A DNA stretch of 63,405 bases, filler included, from Anaerolineae bacterium (GTDB taxonomy: Bacteria; Chloroflexota; Anaerolineae; B4-G1; DUEL01): NCBI GenBank assembly GCA_041082215.1. It is 7 parts of 7 records of this genome, joined end to end, with 100 filler letters (N's around TTAATTAATTAA, not from the genome) between each part and the next. Parts side by side here need not be neighbours in the genome. Positions count along the whole stretch, not along the records: positions 1 to 25,530 come from JBDOIF010000163.1; positions 25,631 to 37,060 come from JBDOIF010000069.1; 5 more parts are not named here. One strand, given 5' to 3'. A program made the position numbers and the translations under genes. The notes below the pieces were generated by a model that saw nothing but the letters and a program-made list of their open reading frames with translations, did no database searches and was not told where the DNA came from. Shown piece after piece: positions 17,351-29,343 of this stretch; position 1 is the stretch's first letter; every line of letters starts with the position of its first letter.

Positions 17351-18475
17351 TCAGCTCAGCGAGCGCCAGTATACCCGGTGCCGCTTGTAGGGCCTCACTC
17401 CTAACCCCTCCAGCTCCTGAATCATCCGGGCGTTCGTCTCCTGTACCTGCACCAGATCGGCGTACTGGTACTGAGTGCGGCCGATCAATGTGTGGTACAT
17501 CTCCGCATACAAAAGCGCGTTGCCGCCCAGGCCCCGATACGGCTCGACGATCCCCACCCCGTTGAAGTTGAGCCACTCGGTCCGTCTGAACTCCTGCATG
17601 AGGTGGTACCACCCCGTCGGCCAGACCCGCCCCCGGCAGCGCTGGATCGCAGCGGAGATGTCGGGGTAGGCCAGCACAAAGCCGACAACCTCATCCTCTT
17701 TCATCAACACCTTGATCAGCGTAGGGTCGGCTACAGCGATGACGCGGTCGGCAAAGACGCGGGCCTCTTCCTCCGTGATCGGCACGAACCCCTGCACTTC
17801 CACGAAGGAGTCGTTATAAAGCGCAGCGACGCGGGGGATCATCGCCCGCAGTTCGGCTTTATTGCGAAAGCTGACGGTGCGGAATCCCCGCCGCTGCTTT
17901 ACTTTCTCTGCCACCTCCAGAAACCGGGGAGGGAGGCTGATCTCCCGGTCCAGGTAGGCTGAGATGAAGTCGAGCTGCTTTTCGAAGCCTGCGTCCCGCA
18001 TCAGCTCGTCATAATAGGGGTAGTTGTAGGCAATCCCCAGGGCCGGGCGATGTTCAAACCCTTCCACCAGCAACCCCTGCCCGTCGCCAGCGGCAAACCC
18101 CTTCGGCCCCCACATCCGCTCCAATCCCCGGCGGCGCGCCCAGTCGAAAGCGGCGTCGAAAAGGCCACGGGAGACGGCCCGGTCATCCACCGCGTCGAAA
18201 TGGTAGAAGAAAGCGGTCCGCTCATCGTGGTATTCATTGTAACGGGTGTTATCCAGAACGGCGACACGCCCGACCACCTCCTCCCCCTCCAGGGCCAGGA
18301 AAAAAGCGGCATCCGAGTGAGCGTAGAAGGGGTGGCGAGACGGATCGAGCTGGGCGCGGACCTCGTTGACGAAAGGGGGCACCCACAGGGGGTGTCTGTG
18401 GTAGAGACGGAAGGGGAATTCGATGTAGCGACGGACGTCGCGACGGTTCCCCAGATCAACGCGATGGATCTGCAT
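17351..18475 (-). CDS. GNAT-fold protein (YghO-like)
   Basis: FP.RLY...P.WVPP, GLLVEGF, YN.PYY, G....YRGLG motifs. Confidence 0.75.
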   Translation of the reverse strand: MQIHRVDLGNRRDVRRYIEFPFRLYHRHPLWVPPFVNEVRAQLDPSRHPFYAHSDAAFFLALEGEEVVGRVAVLDNTRYNEYHDERTAFFYHFDAVDDRAVSRGLFDAAFDWARRRGLERMWGPKGFAAGDGQGLLVEGFEHRPALGIAYNYPYYDELMRDAGFEKQLDFISAYLDREISLPPRFLEVAEKVKQRRGFRTVSFRNKAELRAMIPRVAALYNDSFVEVQGFVPITEEEARVFADRVIAVADPTLIKVLMKEDEVVGFVLAYPDISAAIQRCRGRVWPTGWYHLMQEFRRTEWLNFNGVGIVEPYRGLGGNALLYAEMYHTLIGRTQYQYADLVQVQETNARMIQELEGLGVRPYKRHRVYWRSLS

Positions 18476-18514
18476 ATGACCTCCTGAAGTGTCCAGGCAA
18501 GGCGTGCCCTGTCC

Positions 18515-19273
18515 CTACTCTGTGCCGAACTTACAGGCGGCGATTTGCCGCACAATATCGGCGAAGGCAGCGGGGTCGCGGCCCCGGCGGCTGGCCCCCA
18601 GGCCGTCCACGTCGGGATCGGCCAGCAGGGCAGGGGCATGCTGGGGGGTCACACTGCCGCCGTAGATGACCCGGGCCTGCGCGGCGGTCGAAGCGCCGTA
18701 TCGGTCGGCCAGCCAGTGGCGGATGGCCCGGCACCCCGCCGCAGCATGCCAGGCAGCCACCGGCTCCGCCCGTCCGATAGCCCCCTCCGGCTCATAGACA
18801 AAGACCATCCGGGCCACCGCCTCCTCCCCACACCCCGCCAGCAGGACATCCAGCCGGTCCGGATCGAAGGGGCTGCCCTGAGGCTCCCCCACCAGAAGGA
18901 TAGGACGCAGGCCGGCCTCCAGCGCCACCCGCACCTTCCGATTGACCGCCCCATCCCCCTCAGCCAGCCGCCGCCGGACCTCCCAGTGGCCGACCATCAC
19001 CCAGGCCGCCCCTGCATCGGCCAGGAGTGGACCGGAGATAGCGCCGGTGTGCGCTTCGCCGGGGCCTGGCCACAGGTCCTGCCCCCCCACGCCGATGCCA
19101 GTGCCGCGCACCGCCTCCGCCACAGCCTGGATCGCCGTGCAGGGGGGGCAGAGCACGATCTCCACCCTTTCCGTCAGCCCCCTCACCATAGGGACGAATG
19201 CCCGGACAAAAGCCAGGCTCTGGGAAAGGGTCATCGCCATCTTCCAGTTGGAGAGCGCGAACGGACGGCGCAT
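18515..19273 (-). CDS. Divergent triose-phosphate isomerase family protein
   Basis: NWKM, GAHTG-like GEAHTG, GHWEVRR, YEPEGAIG, YGGSV; several canonical motifs altered. Confidence 0.85.
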   Translation of the reverse strand: MRRPFALSNWKMAMTLSQSLAFVRAFVPMVRGLTERVEIVLCPPCTAIQAVAEAVRGTGIGVGGQDLWPGPGEAHTGAISGPLLADAGAAWVMVGHWEVRRRLAEGDGAVNRKVRVALEAGLRPILLVGEPQGSPFDPDRLDVLLAGCGEEAVARMVFVYEPEGAIGRAEPVAAWHAAAGCRAIRHWLADRYGASTAAQARVIYGGSVTPQHAPALLADPDVDGLGASRRGRDPAAFADIVRQIAACKFGTE

Positions 19274-19328
19274 ACCGGTTCGAGTATACCACAGAACCCC
19301 GCAAAGCCAGAATCAGGGCAATATCCAC

Positions 19329-19522
19329 AGGTGTATTTCAGCTTGGGGGCGAGATGTCCCTGGCCCGGACCGGAATCCGGGGAAACACGAATGGCGCGAA
19401 TGGAAACGAATGCCGCGAACGGAGCAGGTATCCCTCCTGTTCGCTGTGTTCGGGCCATTCGTGAGGTTCGCGATCCACCGGCGGGCGAGAGGACCACTCG
19501 CCCCGAAATTGAAATACGCCCG
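19329..19522. mobile_element. MITE-like element, copy 2 (full length)
   Basis: Same TIRs and core as copy 1; ATATCCAC repeated at 19321-19328 and 19523-19530. Confidence 0.87.
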
Positions 19523-19541
19523 ATATCCACCTGGCCCTCGC

Positions 19542-21305
19542 TCATCCGACCGGATGATAGGACGGGGATCGGGCGATGGAAGGGAAGACCGACCCTTCCA
19601 GATACCGCCGGACGAAGAGCCAGTACAGGTCCTGGGGACCCTCCACAGCCTCCAGGCCCACTTCGGGCGGCCAGGCAATGAAGGGCCATTCCTGCCCTCT
19701 CCCCAACCCGCCGTGGGTAGCAACCTGCTCCTCAAAGGTCACGACACGCCCATCGGGCCGGATGGAACCCATCAGAATGAGGTCGCCAGAGTGCGGGAAA
19801 AAGGCCACCCGATGAAGCTCCTCCGCCACCCGCCCGGGATCTCCATAGGGCAACAGGGGGTTGGGCGGGTCCACCTCCAGCCGATCCCCGGTGATCACGG
19901 CGCTTCCCCCTCCAGGGCCCAACACCACGGTCCGTTCGCCAGCCCGCCCCACCACCATCCCCACCTCTTCCATCGAGGCCAGCCGGTCGAGGAGCTGGTG
20001 GTAGAGAATGCCCACCTCAAGGAGGTCCAGAGGACGGGGGGCCACGTTGAAGTAGATATGGGCCAGAGGGCCCGAGACCCGGACCACCACATCTTCCCGC
20101 CGCTCCAGATCGTAGCCTTCCGCTTCGGGGTCAGCGGGCACCCGTCGGTCCACATAATGTCGGAGGGCGCGTAACACCCGTTGCACGGCAGGGGAGGCCT
20201 GCTCCTCCAGCCCCCGCACCTCTTCCAGCAGATAGCGGGCCTTTGCCACCGCATACCCTGGCCGGCCGAACGCCTCGTCGAACGACAGCTCACCCACCTG
20301 TGCGCTGATGAAGGCCCCCAGGCTCTTCCCGACCCCCCAGGAGAAAGGGACCGAAGGGGCGTTGCCGTGATCGGAGAGGATGTACAGGTCATATTCCCGC
20401 CCCCGATACCGCCGACGCATCCGGTCAATCTGCCCGATACGCCGGTCAATGTCCCGCAGGGCTGCAAAGGCGGCCCGGTGGGTGGGGCCGAAGAGGTGGG
20501 CCATTTCGTCGTAAGTGTTGTAGTTGGTGTAGATCGAAGGGACACGGCGGTAAATATCCAGGGTTACCCCGAAGGTCTGCACCTCAGTGAAGAGCGCGTT
20601 GACGACAGCCGACATCATAGGAGAAAGGAGATCGTAGGGTTTGACGACGCTGGGACGGAGAAGGGCGGAGATCCGCCAGCCCAGCGACCGGAGGTAGCCC
20701 AGCGCCGTCAGTCCGAAGACGCGAAGGACCCGGGAGGGGCCCAGGAGGAAGAGAAGCAGCAATCCCGCCCCCCGCACCGATTCAAAGAGCCGCTGGGGAT
20801 GAAAGGCGGACAGGGTGAAGAGGGCCAGGCCAGCATCGCCGTCGAACATATTGACATAGCTGGAACCACCCGCCAGAATGCCGATCCGGTCCCCCTTCAG
20901 CCGCGTCTGGAGCGCCTGGACCTGATCGGGCCGTTTGGCGACGATGGCCAGCCCCCGCTCCTTCTCATACCAGCGGAACCCCGGCACGTCATCCCGGTTG
21001 CCGAACATGATGGCCGCCTGAACTGCGGGCGTTGTGCTGGGGAGGCCGCAGAACCAGGGAGCCAGAGCCGTCCTCCCCTCCCGTTCCATCCGGCTCAGGT
21101 AGGGAAGATAACCGGCCCCCTTCGCCTGCAGGAGATGGTCGTAGGCCAGGCCATCTATCTGAATGATGATAAACCCGCGACGCCCATCAGGGAAAACGCC
21201 AGGCCGCCCCATGCGGCGGGTCAACAGGCCGTACTTACGGCGGTAATACAGCTCCATTACCCCCCGCAGGAGATCCACAGTACGGCGCATCCCCCAGGTA
21301 GACAT
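19542..21305 (-). CDS. Alkaline phosphatase superfamily (type I phosphodiesterase-like) protein
   Basis: IQIDGL, PSTTP, YDEMAH, ILSDHG, THGGLG metal-binding motifs. Confidence 0.85.
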   Translation of the reverse strand: MSTWGMRRTVDLLRGVMELYYRRKYGLLTRRMGRPGVFPDGRRGFIIIQIDGLAYDHLLQAKGAGYLPYLSRMEREGRTALAPWFCGLPSTTPAVQAAIMFGNRDDVPGFRWYEKERGLAIVAKRPDQVQALQTRLKGDRIGILAGGSSYVNMFDGDAGLALFTLSAFHPQRLFESVRGAGLLLLFLLGPSRVLRVFGLTALGYLRSLGWRISALLRPSVVKPYDLLSPMMSAVVNALFTEVQTFGVTLDIYRRVPSIYTNYNTYDEMAHLFGPTHRAAFAALRDIDRRIGQIDRMRRRYRGREYDLYILSDHGNAPSVPFSWGVGKSLGAFISAQVGELSFDEAFGRPGYAVAKARYLLEEVRGLEEQASPAVQRVLRALRHYVDRRVPADPEAEGYDLERREDVVVRVSGPLAHIYFNVAPRPLDLLEVGILYHQLLDRLASMEEVGMVVGRAGERTVVLGPGGGSAVITGDRLEVDPPNPLLPYGDPGRVAEELHRVAFFPHSGDLILMGSIRPDGRVVTFEEQVATHGGLGRGQEWPFIAWPPEVGLEAVEGPQDLYWLFVRRYLEGSVFPSIARSPSYHPVG

Positions 21306-21320
21306 AGGGACCAGAACCGC

Positions 21321-22271
21321 TTATCCTCCGATCTTCTCCAGTGCAAGCGCGAGTGCCCCCAGCAGCCCCACGTCATCCCCCAGCGCCGCCGGAAGGATGG
21401 GGGTCTCCCGCCAGTAAACCTCCGGCGCGCGGGCGCGGACCGTCTCTTCTATCGGCCCAAACAGCAGCTCCCCCGCCTTTGCCACCGACCCGCCGATGAC
21501 AAAGAGGGAAGGGTTCAGCAGATACATCAGGCTGACCAGCGCAACCCCGATGTAGAATCCCGCCCGTTCCAGGAGACGCCGTGCCAGGCCATCCCCTGCC
21601 CGGGCGGCCTGGGCGACCTCGCGGGCCGTGATCCGTTCCGGTTCCCCCCTCGCCCAGTCCTGCAGGAGCGAGGACTCCCCCGAACGAAGTGCAGCACGGG
21701 CGGCGAGGCCGATGGCCGTCCCTGAAGCCAGCGCCTCCAGGCAGCCCCGGTTCCCGCAGCCGCAAAGGGGACCCTCCGCCTCGACGACGATATGGCCGAC
21801 CTCTCCGCCCAGCCCTCGCGCCCCCTCAAATAGCTTCCCTCCCAGGATGAGGCCCCCGCCGATGCCGGTGCTGACCGTCAGATAGACCAGGTCATTCACC
21901 CCCTGCCCGGCCCCGAAGCGCCGCTCTCCGAGGGCAGCCAGGTTGGCATCGTTGCCCACGAAGGTGGGAACACCGAACGTCCCCTGCAGCCGGTCCCGCA
22001 GAGGGACATTTTCCCAGCCGGGGAGGTTGGGGGCAAAGAGCAACACCCCCTGCCGATCGTCCGTCGGCCCGGGCGCGGTGAGGCTCAGCGCGGCGATCTC
22101 CTCCCCCGGCGGCCAAACCTGACGGATCGCCCCCTCTATGCGGGCCAGGACCGCCTCCAGCCCCTCGGAGGCCTGTGTGGCCATCGCCACCCGCGCTTCC
22201 ATCCGCCCATCCGCCTGCACGAGCGCTGCCCGAATCTGTGTCCCGCCCAGGTCCACGACGATGAAGCGCAT
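21321..22271 (-). CDS. ROK family sugar kinase (glucokinase-like)
   Basis: DLGGT, NDAN.AAL.E, STGIGGG, GEVGH, CGCGNRGCLE. Confidence 0.93.
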   Translation of the reverse strand: MRFIVVDLGGTQIRAALVQADGRMEARVAMATQASEGLEAVLARIEGAIRQVWPPGEEIAALSLTAPGPTDDRQGVLLFAPNLPGWENVPLRDRLQGTFGVPTFVGNDANLAALGERRFGAGQGVNDLVYLTVSTGIGGGLILGGKLFEGARGLGGEVGHIVVEAEGPLCGCGNRGCLEALASGTAIGLAARAALRSGESSLLQDWARGEPERITAREVAQAARAGDGLARRLLERAGFYIGVALVSLMYLLNPSLFVIGGSVAKAGELLFGPIEETVRARAPEVYWRETPILPAALGDDVGLLGALALALEKIGG

Positions 22272-22327
22272 ATCTCCTCCTTACCAGTAACTGGATGCCG
22301 ACCGTCGCTGCCCTATTGTAGGGCAAC

Positions 22328-22355
22328 TTGACAAAAAGGACAAAGCTTTTATAAT
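22328..22355 (+). promoter_or_regulatory. Sigma70 promoter of rpoC
   Basis: Perfect TTGACA (22328-22333), 16-bp spacer, TATAAT (22350-22355). Confidence 0.85.
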
Positions 22356-22450
22356 AAGGCCGTCAATGCGGAAACTGCAAAGAAGCGCTGAGTCGTTCGC
22401 TCAGGCGCTTCGTTTGTGCATGTATTGAATGCAACGCCGGGGAGGGGTGC

Positions 22451-25530
<3,080 letters not shown>

Positions 25531-25630
25531 NNNNNNNNNNNNNNNNNNNNNNNNNNNNNNNNNNNNNNNNNNNNTTAATTAATTAANNNNNNNNNNNNNN
25601 NNNNNNNNNNNNNNNNNNNNNNNNNNNNNN
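25531..25630. other. Artificial contig spacer
   Basis: N-run + TTAATTAATTAA + N-run. Confidence 0.99.
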
Positions 25631-26823
25631 GCCAGTTCGCCGTTGCCGTAGGTCCGCACCCGGACAGCCATATCTCCGGCGGCCAGCCGCCGGTGGGCTT
25701 CCACCAGTTCGGCAATGGGCCGGGTGATGACGTAGCCGATAGGAACAGCGATGACTCCTGCCAGCAGGATGCAGACGACAGCGATGAGGGCCACTCGCTG
25801 GTTGAAGGTGTGAACCAGTCCCAGGAAAGTGGCTTCCCGCGCACCGACGTAGAGGCTGCCGACCACATTGCCCTGGTGATCCCGCAGCGGCTCGTAGCGG
25901 GTGATATACCACTCTTTGACGACGAAGGCGCGCCCCACGTACTCCTGCCCCCCTTCCAGAACGGTCTGACGGACGGCCTGGGAGATGCGGGTACCGATCG
26001 CTCTTTGTCCCTCCTCATCCATCACATTGGTGGAGACCCGCAGGTCGCCCAGGAAGATGGTAACGGTGTCTATTCCGGCGACCTCTTTGATCCGGTCCAC
26101 CAGCGTATAGTCGTTGTTGAACATATAGGCGGAGAGGACAGCACCGATCAGATGCCCCGACTCGTCCCGGAGAGGAGAGACGCCCACCAGCGCCAGCCCT
26201 GCTGTTCCCTCCCGGGGGTCGAAGGGCTCCGGCGCGGCCAGTGGGGTCTCCAGGAGCGGGATGAACGCCTGTCCTTCCAGCCCTACCTGGGCCAGATATT
26301 CTCGAGGGATGACCTCGGTGGCGGCCTGAGCCTCGCCCGTTTCCAGCACGGTGCGGACGATGAGCAGGTCGCCGAAACCGCCGTCGGTGAGGGCGGGCGA
26401 GAGAGTACCATCTGGCCAGAGCACTTTTCCCGCGATCATATTTCCACCTGTGTCCAGGACAGCGATAAGGTGGGTGCCGCCCAGGGCCAGGACAGTGATC
26501 TTGTTGGTGATCTGTCGGTCAATGATGCCGATAGCCTCTTCGTTCCCCGCCCGCGCTGCGGGAAAGTTCTCCACCACCCACGGGTCCAGCACCAGCCGGT
26601 GGCTGATGGCGGCGACTTCGTCCAGTTTGAGTTGATAGAAAGTCTCGGCCAGTTTCATATCCCGCGCCACCCGCTCCGCCTCCGCAGAGGCCAGGTAGTC
26701 GTTGAGGACTCGGGAGATGACCAGCGCGTTCAGCCCAATCGTCAGGGCTGAGATCAGCGCGAAGGAGACCGTCAGCACGATCCGCAACCGTCCGCCCAGA
26801 AGATGCAGGAAGAAGGTTCGCAT
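25631..26823 (-). CDS. Membrane sensor with Cache and HAMP domains (probable histidine kinase; C-terminus lost at contig end)
   Basis: TM, TIFLGDLRVSTNV....RAIGT and YITRYEPLRD..G..VG.LYVG Cache motifs, TM, ITRPI..L HAMP. Confidence 0.85.
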
Positions 26824-26835
26824 TTCTTCACCTTT

Positions 26836-26982
26836 AACCGCAGAGGCACAGAGAGCGCAGAGGTTCCAGAAAGCATGAAGCAGGAAGCAAGTCGCAAGTT
26901 GCAGGTCCAAATCGCAGGATACAATCTTGTATCTTGCAGTCTTGTCTCATCATTCTCTGTGTCCTCTGCGTCTCCGCGGTGA
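26836..26982. repeat. Nested periodic palindrome: 9-bp CAGAG/CTCTG arms enclosing 7-bp GCAAG/CTTG arms
   Basis: AACCGCAGAGGCACAGAGAGCGCAGAG ... CTCTGTGTCCTCTGCGTCTCCGCGGTGA; inner GCAGGAAGCAAGTCGCAAGTTGCAGG / TCTTGTATCTTGCAGTCTTGT. Confidence 0.75.
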
Positions 26983-26986
26983 GAAT

Positions 26987-28126
26987 TCAACCTAGAGGCA
27001 GGGTGAAGCGGAAGGCACTTCCCTTCCCCACCTCCGATTCCACCTCAATGGTCCCCCCGTACATCTCCACCACCTGCCGGACGATGGGGAGGCCCAGGCC
27101 GGTGCCCGTTTCCTGCATGCGCTTCCCCTCTTCGGTCCGGTAGAATTCCTCGAAAATGCGAGGTATTTCGTCGGCCGGGATGCCGATGCCCGTATCAGAG
27201 ACAGCGCCGAGGGCCAGCCCCCGCTCCGGGTCTGCCCCCAATGAGATCCTCACCCGACCGCCGGAGGGGGTGTAGCGGATAGCGTTATCCAGCAGGTGGG
27301 TCCACAGCGCCTTGATGTGATCCGGATTGGCCCGCACCCGGGGGGAATCCCGGACGTCCACCTCCAGGGCCACCCCCTGCCGCTCCGCGCGGGGCTTGAT
27401 GGTCGCCAGCACTCCTTCCAGCACTTCCTGCAGGGAGACGGCCTCCGTCCGGCTGAGGCCGATGCCCTCCTTGAGGTGGGCCAGAAGCAGGAGGTCGTCC
27501 AGGGTCGCCAGCAGCTCCCCGGCCCGCCCCTCGGCCCGCTCCAGCATCTCCGGCTGCTCCTCCGGGGGGATGTAGCCCTTTCGGATCAACTGGAGGGTGT
27601 TCTGGAGAACCGCGACAGGGGCCCGCAGGATATGGACCAGGGTGAGCATGAAGCGGCCCTCCACCGCTTCCAGTTTCTGGAGTTCCGCTTTGGCGCGGGC
27701 CAGTTCCCGGGTTTCCTCTTCCAGCGCCCGGAGCCGTTCGGCCTCCCTGCGCAGCGCCCTCCGCTCCAGTTCCCGGTTGATCACCTGGAGGAGGAGGTCG
27801 GCGGAGAAGGGCTTGGCGATGAAGTCGTGGGCTCCCTCGCGGATGGCCTGGATGGCCAGTTCCACGGTAGCATAGCCAGTGATGATGATGCAGATCAGGT
27901 CGGGGTTCATCTGGCGAACCTGGCGGAGGACCTCCATGCCGCTCATACCGGGCATCATGATGTCCAGGAGGAGGACGTCATAGCGGGACTCCCGGAGTTT
28001 GCGCAGGCCCGCGGGGCCGTTCTCGGCCATGTCCACCTCGAATCCCTGGGGGGCCAGCACGCGCCGGCATCCTTCCCGGATACCGACCTCATCATCTACA
28101 ACCAGGATGCGGGTGGAGGAATTCAT
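26987..28126 (-). CDS. Receiver-histidine kinase hybrid
   Basis: ILVVDDE, LLDIMMP, AKPF receiver; HILRAP H-box, NAIRYT, DTGIGI, GTGLGL. Confidence 0.9.
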   Translation of the reverse strand: MNSSTRILVVDDEVGIREGCRRVLAPQGFEVDMAENGPAGLRKLRESRYDVLLLDIMMPGMSGMEVLRQVRQMNPDLICIIITGYATVELAIQAIREGAHDFIAKPFSADLLLQVINRELERRALRREAERLRALEEETRELARAKAELQKLEAVEGRFMLTLVHILRAPVAVLQNTLQLIRKGYIPPEEQPEMLERAEGRAGELLATLDDLLLLAHLKEGIGLSRTEAVSLQEVLEGVLATIKPRAERQGVALEVDVRDSPRVRANPDHIKALWTHLLDNAIRYTPSGGRVRISLGADPERGLALGAVSDTGIGIPADEIPRIFEEFYRTEEGKRMQETGTGLGLPIVRQVVEMYGGTIEVESEVGKGSAFRFTLPLG

Positions 28127-29343
28127 TTCACTGCAAGTTGCTGCGCCACCAGTTCCACCACATCCAGCACACGGATGCGGAGCTTCTCCTGCCGGGCTGC
28201 GCCCGCCAGGGTCCGCTTGCACTGCTGGCAGGCGGAAAGCAGGATTTTCGCGCCGGTGGCCTGCACCTCGCCGATCCGTCGCCGGGCCACAGCGGCGGTC
28301 AGTTCCTTATCGGCCATTTCCACGTCCCCGCCGCCGCCACAGCAGAGGGAGTACTGGTGGTGGTGCTCCATCTCCACCAGCGTGACGCCGGGAATGGCCC
28401 GGATGACCTCCCGGGGCGCGTCGTACACCCCGCCCGTCCGCCCCAGGTCACAGGGGTCGTGGTAGGTCACCGTCTCCTCCAGCGGCTTCAGTGACAGGCG
28501 CCCATCCGCCAGCAGCTCCGCCAGCAGCTCTGTCACGTGAAGCACCTCAAAGCCCAGCGGCTCACCCACGATGCGGGGGTAGTCGTGCTTCCAGGTGTGG
28601 TAGCAGGAGGGGCAGGCTGCGACCAGCCGCCGCGCACCGGTCCGGCGGACCGCTTCCACATTGTGTCGCATGACCTCTACAGCGGCATCCCCCATCCCGG
28701 CGATGACCAGCGGGAAGCCGCAGCACCACTCCTCGCCGCCGAGCGTCAGGTAATCCATCCCAGCCTGCTCCAGCACCTGCACGACGTTCTGGGGGATGGA
28801 ATAGGACTGGGGATAGAAGGAGCCAACGCATCCCACAAAGAAGACCGCTTCAGCCCGCGTTTTTTTGCCGACCCCCTCCGGGATTTCGGGCAGGTTCTGG
28901 CTCCAGATGAGCCGGTTGGCGTTGTCGTCGCCGGAGATGTTATGGGCGGTCAGCAGCGTCTCACGCAGGTGGTCGAAGACTGGTGGGTAAACCCCCTGCT
29001 GCACCAGGTCGCGGCGCATAGCGATCCACAGCTCGCGGGTCTGGATGTGGGCCGGGCAGACGACGGCGCAGCGGCCGCAGAGGGTGCAGTCGTACGTGCC
29101 GGCCGAGTGGGCCTGGAGCGCCTCCGATTTGGGGGGACGGGGACCGAAAAGGCGGGCCAGAAGGCCGTGCTGGGCCCGGATAAACCGCCGCGCCGCCTCA
29201 ATCTTGCGCAGCGGGGTGATGGCGTCCAGGTCGGGCTTTTCGGTGAAGGTGGGGCACCATTGGGTGCATTCGCCGCAGCGGGTGCAGCCGTCCAGCTCCA
29301 GCAGTTGTCGTATCGTATAGAGGGAAGGGTCCACGGTGGTCAT
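28123..29343 (-). CDS. HdrD/DsrK-like Fe-S oxidoreductase (2x[4Fe-4S] + 2 CCG domains)
   Basis: CTRCGEC...CP, CTLCGRC...CP, WCCG..ACPSC, YHDPC, LCCGGG..ACQQC; ATGA-coupled. Confidence 0.9.
   Translation of the reverse strand: MTTVDPSLYTIRQLLELDGCTRCGECTQWCPTFTEKPDLDAITPLRKIEAARRFIRAQHGLLARLFGPRPPKSEALQAHSAGTYDCTLCGRCAVVCPAHIQTRELWIAMRRDLVQQGVYPPVFDHLRETLLTAHNISGDDNANRLIWSQNLPEIPEGVGKKTRAEAVFFVGCVGSFYPQSYSIPQNVVQVLEQAGMDYLTLGGEEWCCGFPLVIAGMGDAAVEVMRHNVEAVRRTGARRLVAACPSCYHTWKHDYPRIVGEPLGFEVLHVTELLAELLADGRLSLKPLEETVTYHDPCDLGRTGGVYDAPREVIRAIPGVTLVEMEHHHQYSLCCGGGGDVEMADKELTAAVARRRIGEVQATGAKILLSACQQCKRTLAGAARQEKLRIRVLDVVELVAQQLAVK

Noticed and set aside
25531..25630. Repeated TTAATTAATTAA motif in N-runs (six times)
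   Set aside because: Artificial stop-in-all-frames contig linker; genes cut here are truncated, not pseudogenes, and cross-gap neighbourhoods are not real
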